IMG/VR virus record: IMGVR_UViG_3300050196_000172
Location: 1 to 31,778 of that record
DNA length: 31,778 nucleotides
Direction: 5' to 3' (one strand)
Source of the DNA: a virus
Lineage: Duplodnaviria > Caudoviricetes
A model generated the notes under the pieces. The model did not search any database. It was given only the letters and a program-made list of their open reading frames with translations, and had not been told where the DNA came from. Position numbers and translations under genes: made by a program. Positions 16,267 to 24,425 of the stretch are shown here, in pieces (position 1 is the first letter of the stretch; the number at the start of each line of letters is the position of its first letter).

Positions 16267-17161
16267 TTGCAGCGTCCTGTTTGTTCGTTAATGAAATATT
16301 CGAGAACCACGGGCCGCCTGGATAGTTCGACGACAAATGGTGATCTATACGGTGAGGATACCAGATCCCGTTCAGAGACTCCAAGCTGGTAGCCTGAAGT
16401 TTTATTTTTGACCAAGCATAGATCGCAGGATTAAACAGGCACTTGATATTGACACCCGTCAGCGTGATTTGCGGGTATCCAATCAGACCAGTGTCTTTGC
16501 TGATCAATGGGATATTCTGTGATGTCTTTGTGCGCGTGCCGCCCCGCCCCAAAATAATAAAGGTATTACCCTCAACCATCATCGTGCATTGAGCATCGCG
16601 CGCGGCATCCTGTAATTGGCGCATGATTGGGCCAGCATAATGTGGGTTGCTGAATACTGTATCGACTGAATAAAATTCGGTAGTCCAACCCATCTGTTTA
16701 GCCATGTATTGCATAACGGTTTTCGCAGCAATCGACCCGGCGTATGAATAGCTTTCCGCAAACGCGACAGAATCGTAATAGCTTGCCTGCGTTGCGATAT
16801 TCAAACAAACATCTGGGGCAGCACTGAAATCTGGCACAGCGGTGTAAATATCCCCGTAGAACACGCGCGTTTCATTGGTGCCATCCACCGCAAAGATCTG
16901 GATGTTGTTTCGAGTTATCCCTCCTGCATACCAGACCGATGATGTCAGTGTGTTCATGTCAGCAAGACGCATCCCGTAAATCCGGACACTACCTGATGCC
17001 ATGGAGTAATGACCAGCGCAAGATCCTGAATTGATGACGTCCGCTGTCGCACGAAACCCCATCAGAGTCAGTGTATTGGAGTTTGTGCCAGCAAATGACA
17101 CGCCAGCTGGTAGCGTGAAAACGAATTTAAGGTCTTTTTTGTTCGTGAATGAACTAGCCAT
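16250..17161 (-). CDS. Baseplate hub protein
   Basis: IYGM...MN.L, TGLIGYP, H.L.S..PGGPW motifs; synteny. Confidence 0.82.
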   Translation of the reverse strand: MASSFTNKKDLKFVFTLPAGVSFAGTNSNTLTLMGFRATADVINSGSCAGHYSMASGSVRIYGMRLADMNTLTSSVWYAGGITRNNIQIFAVDGTNETRVFYGDIYTAVPDFSAAPDVCLNIATQASYYDSVAFAESYSYAGSIAAKTVMQYMAKQMGWTTEFYSVDTVFSNPHYAGPIMRQLQDAARDAQCTMMVEGNTFIILGRGGTRTKTSQNIPLISKDTGLIGYPQITLTGVNIKCLFNPAIYAWSKIKLQATSLESLNGIWYPHRIDHHLSSNYPGGPWFSNISLTNKQDAAIVGKS

Positions 17162-17489
17162 TTTTGATTTCCGTCAGTTGATCTTCTGTGAAATAACACA
17201 GAAGAAACCGGCTATTCAATCCGGTATATGCCGCCATGTCATTACCCTGAGTGTCATATATCATCAGATTGCCTTTGAATCCACGATAACCAGAATCGAC
17301 AATTAATGATTTATCAAGACAAAGTACTGACGAGCAGATAACGGTTGTCCCAACAGTCAGAGTCAGATACATGCCGGATGATTTTTGAAACAGATTGATC
17401 GTGCATGACTGCCCATCAAGTGTGGATGACAGGATCTGATTCGCGACAGCCTGGATATTGATCGTTTCTGGGATCGTTGAAGTACTCAT
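17154..17489 (-). CDS. Baseplate plug/small baseplate protein
   Basis: NQ.L...LDGQ.C.I.L.Q, GF.G.L...DTQG, GL.SRF.L.Y motifs; synteny. Confidence 0.78.
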   Translation of the reverse strand: MSTSTIPETINIQAVANQILSSTLDGQSCTINLFQKSSGMYLTLTVGTTVICSSVLCLDKSLIVDSGYRGFKGNLMIYDTQGNDMAAYTGLNSRFLLCYFTEDQLTEIKNG

Positions 17490-18130
17490 AATGCCGCCTT
17501 GATCTTACTGACTACGGATGATGCTGAATTGCCTAGTGATGACAGTTTTGATTGATTTGATGTCGATGTGCTTACAGTTCCCGTGGATTTTGCCGCCGCT
17601 GATGTTGGTGACGTGGCATTTGTCGTGCTTTTGGTGGTTGTCGTTCCAGTGGTAGCCTGCGTGGTTGTATATGTCGCATACGCCGTGCGAATTTCCTGTA
17701 AGACCAGATCAACGGAAACCATACTTTTTCCTGATGCGGCTGTCCGGCTATATGAAACGTCCACAATGTTCACGCCCGTGTAGTTTTTTTGCGGTGTGTA
17801 GACCGAGTATAAATCAGTGGTGTCTTTTGCCGCTTCAAGTGCCTTGATGAAAGTCCCGACATCGGACGATGACCCGCCTTTCGTCAATCGGATTGTCGTG
17901 ACGAATGGATCAACAACTTTGTTGTATGAAACGAAACTGCCATCCTGAACGGGTGCATTCGTGACTTTTGCGGAGCCCTTAAATGTCATTGCGGTTACTG
18001 TGTCGTATTCGCAGATCTTGTTACCAGATGAATCAAATACCCCCCAGATCGGGATCGGGTACAGATACTGTATTGCCACACCCTCCAGAATCGACAGAGC
18101 TGCGCTCGCGTAATTTTTTGGGAATGCCAT
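17486..18130 (-). CDS. Dit-like/tail tube initiator baseplate protein
   Basis: P.QDGSFVSYNKV..P and LQEIR motifs; Thr/Ser-rich tail; directly after the tape measure. Confidence 0.8.
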   Translation of the reverse strand: MAFPKNYASAALSILEGVAIQYLYPIPIWGVFDSSGNKICEYDTVTAMTFKGSAKVTNAPVQDGSFVSYNKVVDPFVTTIRLTKGGSSSDVGTFIKALEAAKDTTDLYSVYTPQKNYTGVNIVDVSYSRTAASGKSMVSVDLVLQEIRTAYATYTTTQATTGTTTTKSTTNATSPTSAAAKSTGTVSTSTSNQSKLSSLGNSASSVVSKIKAAL

Positions 18131-18131
18131 A

Positions 18132-20105
18132 TCAATTCACCCCTGAATTTGCTTGTGCAACATTCTGCTGCGTCACAGTGTTACCGAGCGTCAGTATACC
18201 ACCGGCATCCACATGATTGGTATTGATGGTTACAGTGCCAATGCTTGTTGTCGTCACCGCGCCAGCACCAATCGATGGTCCACCGGCCTGCTGTTCTCTC
18301 AGATCTGACATGGCGCGGTAGGTCTGACCGAACATTCGATCTGAAAATGAGGTCGGATTTTTTTCATTGCGCGACCGGTCCAGCATTGTACCAATGTCCA
18401 TCGCTGAAATACTGGCGCGATTCGCACCAGCGGCTGAATCACCATATGTTGAACCGGTACGGGGATCAGCAATCGAACGATACATTTTTGACATATCCAT
18501 GATCGCCTTTTGCTTGTCGTTTGATGTGCCATTGATGTAATCAAGTGTTGACTGTGGAAGCATATTGTAAAAAATCTCATCCTGCATCTGGGGCGTAAGC
18601 GCTTCCGCACCTGAAAGACTCATTTTCTTCATGGCATCACGCAGGAAGGGCGCAGTGAACTGGTATTTACCGACAGCAAATAACCGGCTCTTGTCAGTGC
18701 CTTGTTTTGATTCGTTTCCAAGAACATCATTGATAGATACCTGGCTCATGTTCGTTTTGCCAGAGTAACCAATCTGGCCGCCTGACACGCCTTTCGTGCC
18801 AGTGTTGTATGCATTGTAATCGCCGCCGGACTCGCCTTTCCCTACCACGTCCCCGAGAGAACGGGCCAGCCATCCGCCGAATTTGGTGAAAATGTTATTT
18901 GTATCGAACATTTTCCCTGAGTTATATTCACCAGCAAAGGCCGCAAACTTGTCCTGCTGATCCTTGGTTCTTTTCGCGAGATAATCAGGGATGGACATAT
19001 TCCACATATCCTGAGCCGTCTGCATGACATCCCTGATGTTTGATCGCAGATCGTTGATTGATTTATTGACCAGATCTATTTCGGTTGTCCAGTTCTTCCA
19101 ATCTATAAATGATTTTCCGCCATTTTTCCATGTAGTGTAGTCGTCATAAAGCAGGTAAATAGCTTCTGACAGTGCAACAACCTTTCCCGTGGGTGATGCA
19201 AGAAACGCTGCCGTCAGCTGTGTCATAGCGAGGGTTGCTGCGGCCACCGCTGGAACGAATAACGCTTCGGCAAGCATCCCAAAGTCAGGCAGGAATTGCT
19301 TGATCCGATCTCCGTTTGATGCAAGCCACTGATTCATGTCTGTCAGCCAGTTATAAACCTTGATCAGCGCTGGAGCGGTTACTGCCTCAATTTCGCGGCC
19401 ACCAGCCGAGAAGCTGGCAATCATTTCGGTATACGCCTGTCTTAGGGCGTAGGATTCCTTGGTCTGCTTATCGGTCACCTGGCTGTACTGCGTCATGCGG
19501 GATATTTCTGATTCGATCTGCTGGCGGCCCTGCATCATCATGTTGATTGTGCCAGAGTCGATCCCCATCATTTTTGCAAAGTTTGCCGCCTGTGTCCGGT
19601 CCCCGCCGACCTTGTTCAACCGATCGACCAATTCCATGAACGTGGTCATTACCGGGCGCGCCTTGCCATTGGCATCAAGCAGGGAGACCCCGAGCGCGTT
19701 CATGTATGGCAGGATCCCGGTATCACCCTTCACTGTCAGCTCAGAAGATGACCGTGACAGCATATCAAGCACGCCTTGCAACCCCTGCGCGCTGCCACCC
19801 AGAGCTTTTGATGCGTTCTGCATGGATAGCATGCTCGTGGCTGTGACACCAAGATTCTTCGACATGTTATCGAGCTGGATCGTTCCCTCAGCTACATCCA
19901 TCACGAAGTTTTTGAATGCAGTGGCCGAACCGACAACAGCAAAAAACGATAGGGCGGACTTGGCGGTCGATTCAAATGATTTTCCGGCGTTGTCCGTGCC
20001 GGTTTTCATATCGCCGATCCCCTGAACGGCTTTCTTCTTTTCGCTCTCAAATTTTGATGCATCAAGACCGAGTTTGACGATCAATTCATCGATGATGGTT
20101 GCCAT
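18132..20105 (-). CDS. Tape measure protein with a lysozyme/lytic-transglycosylase-like domain
   Basis: MATIIDELIVKLGLD start and helical body; GESGGDYNAYN...AVGKYQF...LTPQMQD resembles lambda-lysozyme-like motifs. Confidence 0.9.
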   Translation of the reverse strand: MATIIDELIVKLGLDASKFESEKKKAVQGIGDMKTGTDNAGKSFESTAKSALSFFAVVGSATAFKNFVMDVAEGTIQLDNMSKNLGVTATSMLSMQNASKALGGSAQGLQGVLDMLSRSSSELTVKGDTGILPYMNALGVSLLDANGKARPVMTTFMELVDRLNKVGGDRTQAANFAKMMGIDSGTINMMMQGRQQIESEISRMTQYSQVTDKQTKESYALRQAYTEMIASFSAGGREIEAVTAPALIKVYNWLTDMNQWLASNGDRIKQFLPDFGMLAEALFVPAVAAATLAMTQLTAAFLASPTGKVVALSEAIYLLYDDYTTWKNGGKSFIDWKNWTTEIDLVNKSINDLRSNIRDVMQTAQDMWNMSIPDYLAKRTKDQQDKFAAFAGEYNSGKMFDTNNIFTKFGGWLARSLGDVVGKGESGGDYNAYNTGTKGVSGGQIGYSGKTNMSQVSINDVLGNESKQGTDKSRLFAVGKYQFTAPFLRDAMKKMSLSGAEALTPQMQDEIFYNMLPQSTLDYINGTSNDKQKAIMDMSKMYRSIADPRTGSTYGDSAAGANRASISAMDIGTMLDRSRNEKNPTSFSDRMFGQTYRAMSDLREQQAGGPSIGAGAVTTTSIGTVTINTNHVDAGGILTLGNTVTQQNVAQANSGVN

Positions 20106-20147
20106 GTTTCCGCCCTAAAAATGGTTTTGTTCATTGTATCAGATTTT

Positions 20148-20455
20148 AATCCTTGTATTTTTTTGTACAAAAAAACAAGAGAAATACAAGAAAAAAACAA
20201 GAACTTTCCTTATGTATTTCATTGAGTTACAGCAATCCTTGTAAAATTTGTACGTTTTTGGGGTATGTCATATATATATTTATTTTTATACATACCCATT
20301 GCTGTATATATAAACAGTAAAATAATAAAAAATATATAACATCATATAAATTCATACAAATAATACAAGGATTCCGCTAAGTGCTTGATTTATATCGCGA
20401 AAACTCTTGTTTTTTTCTTGTTTTTTTCTTGTATTTTTGTATTTTTTTTTACAAA
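20148..20455. promoter_or_regulatory. Palindromic iteron array with AT-rich core and IHF site; candidate replication origin
   Basis: ACAAG at 20175/20186/20197 mirrored by CTTGT at 20406/20417/20428; AATCCTTGTA at 20234 mirrored by TACAAGGATT at 20364; exact WATCAANNNNTTR on the minus strand at 20378-20390. Confidence 0.7.
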
Positions 20456-20469
20456 TTTCAGAGATTTTA

Positions 20470-20512
20470 TTGAAAAGTGATATCTGTGTGATATCATCTT
20501 GGTATCACTTTT
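20470..20512 (+). promoter_or_regulatory. Sigma70-like promoter overlapped by GTGATA(T/C)C operator repeats
   Basis: TTGAAA-16 nt-TATCAT with an extended TG; GTGATATC at 20477 and 20488; inverted GGTATCACTTTT at 20501-20512. Confidence 0.7.
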
Positions 20513-20528
20513 ACAGGGAGAAAACGGA

Positions 20529-20699
20529 GTGAAAAAACCCAAAAGAACTCAAGCGAGTCTAAGGCTTCCAGAGAAACTGATCGAGTCTCTTGATTTGATC
20601 GCGGAAATTCAAACAAGCAAGACAGGCAAAACAGTGTCACGTAATGACGTGATGACCGGAGCACTGATGGAGTACTGCAAAAAATGCCAAGAGGAATGA
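20529..20699 (+). CDS. Ribbon-helix-helix (Arc/CopG-like) DNA-binding protein
   Basis: GTG start after GGAG; TQASLRLP beta strand, helix, then VSRNDVM..AL second helix. Confidence 0.75.
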   Translation: MKKPKRTQASLRLPEKLIESLDLIAEIQTSKTGKTVSRNDVMTGALMEYCKKCQEE

Positions 20700-21250
20700 C
20701 CGGATCAAAAACGGACCCAGAGTTTCGAGACTTCACGATGACACCACCAGAGCTGTTCAGCTGGCTTAATGTGCAATACGATTTTGGGATTGACCTGTGT
20801 GCAGCTGATGATTCAGCGCTGTGCGATGTATATTACACGGTGAATAACAGCTGTCTAAACCCGGATGAAGATTGGTTGACGGAATGCGCAGTCGGTAAAT
20901 ATGGCCACTGGGCTTACTGTAATCCACCATACAGCAATCCAAAGCCATTCCTATGCGCTGGTATTGATCAGGCAAAGAAAGGCCTAGGAATCGTTTACGT
21001 TGTTCCTGATGAAAGCACCAACGGGTGGTTCCCGCTGGATTTGACGGGTATCAGCATTATTCGTTTCACAGGGTACACCGACGAGAGAGGTCGCTGGCAT
21101 TCGGGACGGATCAATTTTATCGATTACAAATCAAAAAAACGGATGAATCAGGTAAGCAAGGGGACGTGTTGCATCATCATGTCCCCGTGGCTGCGCGGCC
21201 CATCTGAAACAAAATATGTCCCAGTAAGTGAGGTTTTTAAGAATGTCTGA
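20696..21250 (+). CDS. dam: Phage DNA N6-adenine methyltransferase (T1-type Dam family)
   Basis: TPPELF..L...YDF.IDLCA, NPPYS catalytic motif, GRINF; start at 20696 (ATGA coupling) or 20684. Confidence 0.88.
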   Translation: MTGSKTDPEFRDFTMTPPELFSWLNVQYDFGIDLCAADDSALCDVYYTVNNSCLNPDEDWLTECAVGKYGHWAYCNPPYSNPKPFLCAGIDQAKKGLGIVYVVPDESTNGWFPLDLTGISIIRFTGYTDERGRWHSGRINFIDYKSKKRMNQVSKGTCCIIMSPWLRGPSETKYVPVSEVFKNV

Positions 21251-21758
21251 TTTATATATTGATCGCGTTGTTGATACCGCGATGCTTCCGGAGCGGAAAA
21301 CAAAATATTCAGCTGGGTTGGATCTGGCGACCTGTTTTGATCATGTGTCTGTTGTGAAGATTTTTGATGAGCGAAACGAGCCATATGTGACAGCGGTGAA
21401 TGTTGATCTGGGTGAAAAGACCATTGTTATCCCGCCCCAGCATAACGCACTGGTTCCTACTGGGTTGAAAATGTCGGTTGACGCTGGGTATTTCATTGCG
21501 ATTTATCCGCGCAGCGGCCTGTCTGTGAAAGAAAAATTGACACTGATCAACTGTATAGGTGTCATTGATGCGGATTACATGGATGAAGTTATGATCACCC
21601 TGTTTAATGCATCTGCTGTCCCGTTGGTTGTATCGAATTATCAGCGTGTTGCGCAGATGATGGTGCAGAAATGCGAACCGATTTCGGAAATTATCTATGG
21701 GCCTTTGAAACAAAAAGACAGTGAGCGATCAGGTGGATTTGGTTCGACTGGGAAGTGA
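21243..21758 (+). CDS. dut: Trimeric dUTPase
   Basis: All five motifs: AGLDL, PRSG, GVIDADY, RVAQ, RSGGFGSTG. Confidence 0.96.
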   Translation: MSDLYIDRVVDTAMLPERKTKYSAGLDLATCFDHVSVVKIFDERNEPYVTAVNVDLGEKTIVIPPQHNALVPTGLKMSVDAGYFIAIYPRSGLSVKEKLTLINCIGVIDADYMDEVMITLFNASAVPLVVSNYQRVAQMMVQKCEPISEIIYGPLKQKDSERSGGFGSTGK

Positions 21759-21764
21759 TGAAAC

Positions 21765-21788
21765 AAAAGGGGGGTTGCGCCCCCTTTT
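21765..21788. terminator. Bidirectional terminator
   Basis: AAAAGGGGG-loop-CCCCCTTTT between convergent genes. Confidence 0.85.
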
Positions 21789-22062
21789 AAAACTGCTGAG
21801 TATCTTTTTTGCTTGCCTCGATCTGGCGTATCCGCTTGTTGATCATGTTCACTGTGCTGATCTCGAACATATCATAAACATCTTCCATTGAATAAAAATC
21901 GTGCATCTCTCGCAGTGTTGCAAAACCTTCCGAAACCATCATCCCGATTAGATTTGGGACGTTGATGAATTCTGCCAGCTCTCTCGGTGCTCCGGCTCCC
22001 CTGTACAGCTCACCGGGGGACAGGAATTCATCTATTTGCGGGAACTGGCGGCCATTAAAAAA
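21787..22062 (-). CDS. Tail assembly chaperone -1 frame extension (lambda gpT-like), absent from the ORF track
   Basis: Open -1 frame from the slippery TTTTTTA (22056-22062) to TAA 21787-21789: ...NVPNLIGMMVSEGFATLREMHDFYSMEDVYDMFEI... Confidence 0.8.
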   Translation of the reverse strand, partial: FFNGRQFPQIDEFLSPGELYRGAGAPRELAEFINVPNLIGMMVSEGFATLREMHDFYSMEDVYDMFEISTVNMINKRIRQIEASKKDTQQF

Positions 22063-22439
22063 TCGACATTATGCGCGAAAATTTCCTTGCGCAGAGCCAT
22101 AATGGTGCGCACATCTTCGATATCTTCTTCGCGCAAATCGCGCTGGATCTTTGGGTTGGCCTGATTTGGTATGATTTTTACGTATTGCAGCATTTCGTCC
22201 AATAGTGGCTCAATATCATTGAAGTCAGCTTTCAATAGGGCGGTGAGGCCAATGGCTGCCAGTTTTTCTGTGTTTGACGTCATCCCTTCTGGGATTTCTA
22301 CTCCGCTGCGGGCCAAAGCCATCAGAGCTCGATAGGCGAACTTTTCTTGCTTAAATGCTGGCATTTTTGAAATTAAAAACATCTTGTTTTCATCAGCACC
22401 GAAAGATGACACAAATGTGCAAGTATCCGTGATTGGCAT
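22032..22439 (-). CDS. Tail assembly chaperone (lambda gpG-like)
   Basis: Start MPITD at 22439; D..K.F.I..MPA...E..A.RAL.ALA..GV.IP...DIE...T...LR motifs; located between tube and tape measure. Confidence 0.85.
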   Translation of the reverse strand: MPITDTCTFVSSFGADENKMFLISKMPAFKQEKFAYRALMALARSGVEIPEGMTSNTEKLAAIGLTALLKADFNDIEPLLDEMLQYVKIIPNQANPKIQRDLREEDIEDVRTIMALRKEIFAHNVDFLMAASSRK

Positions 22440-22521
22440 TTTGTAAAGTCCTGTAAAGTAGGTTTCATTACCAATATCCATGATACAAACTATCTGCAAA
22501 CAAACAAAGAGGAATATTTCA

Positions 22522-22791
22522 ATGCAAAACCCAGCAGAGGCTTTAATCGATAACTTGCTAAAAGTATCCGGAAAATCAGAATCTTTTACAGATGAAGATC
22601 TTCAGCACTTGGTTGATCTAACCGAAAAGAAAATTGATATGCTGGCCGTCGAATGTTTGAAAACGCAACAGACACAAATCGAAGCGTTGCGCGTGAATGA
22701 TGATGCACGCCGAGGCTTTATCATTGGCGCGTGTTCCGCCCTATCTGTTGTTGCTGGTTATATGGCTGGGTATTACGAAGATGGGGAATAG
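22522..22791 (+). CDS. Hypothetical protein (89 aa)
   Basis: GAGG RBS before MQNPAEAL at 22522. Confidence 0.65.
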   Translation: MQNPAEALIDNLLKVSGKSESFTDEDLQHLVDLTEKKIDMLAVECLKTQQTQIEALRVNDDARRGFIIGACSALSVVAGYMAGYYEDGE

Positions 22792-22896
22792 GCCAGAGCA
22801 TATTTGCGAGCACGGCAACAAATAGGGGGCGATTCTGTTCAGTAAGATGCAGAGTTGCTAATCATCGGAAATCAATTTCATTAAAAGGTAAAAATA

Positions 22897-23565
22897 ATGA
22901 ATCAATTGATCGAAAATAATAAAATGACAATGAGTAGCAGGGAAATTGCCGAGCTATTAAATATTAGACATCGCGATGTTTGTGTAAGCATTGAAAGATT
23001 GATGTCTTCTGGTGCTATATCTGGGTATGCGGCAACGCCGTACACCCACGACCAGAATAAACAGGTGTATCATGAATATTTTATTGGTAAGCGCGATAGC
23101 TATGTGATTGTTGCTCAATTGTCACCAGCATTTACAGCAAAAATAGTTGATCGCTGGCAGGAGTTGGAAGCCAAACAAGCTCCGCAAATCCCGCAAACAT
23201 ACGCCGCCGCACTTCTTGAAGCTGGACGGCTCGCGCTGGAAGTCGAAAAGCAAGCAGAGCAATTACGCATTGCTGCACCTAAGGTTGAATTTGTTGATCG
23301 ATTCACTGATCGTGATTCACTGCAAAACGCAACTCAGGTTGGTCAGACAATGAAAATGTCAGCAGTGGCAATGAACAAACATCTGGACGCAATCGGTGGC
23401 GTTTACAACAAATCAGTAAAGCGCGGTCGTGCATTCTGCCAGGGATGGATTGATGGCGGATTTGGTAAGATGGTTCAAAGCGAAATGGGCTATCCTCAAG
23501 CATTATTCACTACTGCTGGTGTTGCGCGTGTTACTGAAATTTTTATCAGTGAAGGAGTTATTTGA
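22897..23565 (+). CDS. Rha-family protein with a C-terminal KilAC/ANT antirepressor-like domain
   Basis: MSSREIAEL...H.DV...I, KRDSYVIVAQLSP.FTA.IVDRWQELE, PQTYA.AL, APKVEFVD motifs. Confidence 0.9.
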   Translation: MNQLIENNKMTMSSREIAELLNIRHRDVCVSIERLMSSGAISGYAATPYTHDQNKQVYHEYFIGKRDSYVIVAQLSPAFTAKIVDRWQELEAKQAPQIPQTYAAALLEAGRLALEVEKQAEQLRIAAPKVEFVDRFTDRDSLQNATQVGQTMKMSAVAMNKHLDAIGGVYNKSVKRGRAFCQGWIDGGFGKMVQSEMGYPQALFTTAGVARVTEIFISEGVI

Positions 23566-23810
23566 TGCGAGAACAATTTGAAGAATGGGCTAAATCTCTA
23601 GATTTTGATTTAACTCGCCACCGTAATGAAAATGGGTACGTTTATCAAGAAACAGAGGCGGCTTGGTTGGCATGGCAGGCATCGCGCAAAGCAATGCCAA
23701 AAATAAAGCTCCCTGAGTACGCTGATATCGTTGTATTTGGACCAGCTAATTATGCGCGTCAGCAGTGCGCAGAAGCCATCAAACAAGCAGGATACGAGGT
23801 GGAAGAATGA
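23565..23810 (+). CDS. Phage hypothetical protein (REQFEEW...Y......AW.AWQASR)
   Basis: AAGGAG RBS and TGATG coupling; motif common in enterobacterial phages. Confidence 0.75.
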   Translation: MREQFEEWAKSLDFDLTRHRNENGYVYQETEAAWLAWQASRKAMPKIKLPEYADIVVFGPANYARQQCAEAIKQAGYEVEE

Positions 23811-23983
23811 TGACATTGCGCGATCAGTTCGCTGTCAAAGCCATGGAAGCTCTTATTATTTCTGGTCGAATACAAAATGATGAAGATCCAGCAAAAATAA
23901 TCGCAATCGGCGCTTATGCAGTGGCAGATTCCATGTTAAAGGAACGGAATAGAGATGAAAACGATAAAGGGAAATCTTCTTGA
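23807..23983 (+). CDS. Small phage protein (TLRDQFA.KAM...AY.VAD.ML..R)
   Basis: ATGA coupling and GAGG RBS; widespread phage motif. Confidence 0.75.
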   Translation: MMTLRDQFAVKAMEALIISGRIQNDEDPAKIIAIGAYAVADSMLKERNRDENDKGKSS

Positions 23984-24404
23984 TTTATTCGATCAAGGTG
24001 AATTTGATGCCATTGTCCATGGGTGCAATTGCTTTCACACAATGGGTGCTGGGATTGCTGGCCAAATTGCTCTACGTTATCCAGTAGCTGTTCGGGCCGA
24101 TCTAAATACGAAATATGGTTCAGCAAAAAAGCTTGGTGATTTCAGTATTGCTGTTCATGTGAGCAAAAGGATAATTATCAATGCTTATACGCAATTTAAT
24201 GCAGGACGAGAATATCCAGAGGTCCTGTATGAATCGATAAAAAAATCATTCAATTTGATATCTAAATCTGGATTTGATCGTTGCAGAATAGGTATTCCTA
24301 AAATAGGTTGCGGCATTGCTGGCGGTGACTGGATTATTGTTGAAAAAATTATTGAAGAAGAAATGAAAGGCTTTGATATCACTTGCGTTGAATTCTGTGA
24401 ATAA
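23955..24404 (+). CDS. Macrodomain (ADP-ribose-binding/hydrolase, Poa1p/T4 Tk.4-like)
   Basis: KGNLL, IVHGCNCFHTMGAGIA, NAYTQ, IPKIGCGIAGGDW motifs. Confidence 0.92.
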   Translation: MKTIKGNLLDLFDQGEFDAIVHGCNCFHTMGAGIAGQIALRYPVAVRADLNTKYGSAKKLGDFSIAVHVSKRIIINAYTQFNAGREYPEVLYESIKKSFNLISKSGFDRCRIGIPKIGCGIAGGDWIIVEKIIEEEMKGFDITCVEFCE

Positions 24405-24421
24405 GCCCCTTTCGGGGCTTT
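24403..24421. terminator. Hairpin terminator between the convergent macrodomain and tube genes
   Basis: AAGCCCC-tttc-GGGGCTT. Confidence 0.75.
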
Positions 24422-24425
24422 AATT

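Noticed and set aside
19459-20025. Long plus-strand ORFs opposite structural genes (also 14690-15124, 25668-26201, 29344-29778, 31262-31729)
   Set aside because: These are antisense shadows of well-supported genes, with no recognisable motifs.
20696-21250. Complete restriction-modification system
   Set aside because: There is no adjacent endonuclease; the neighbours are the RHH gene and dUTPase, so this is an orphan methylase.
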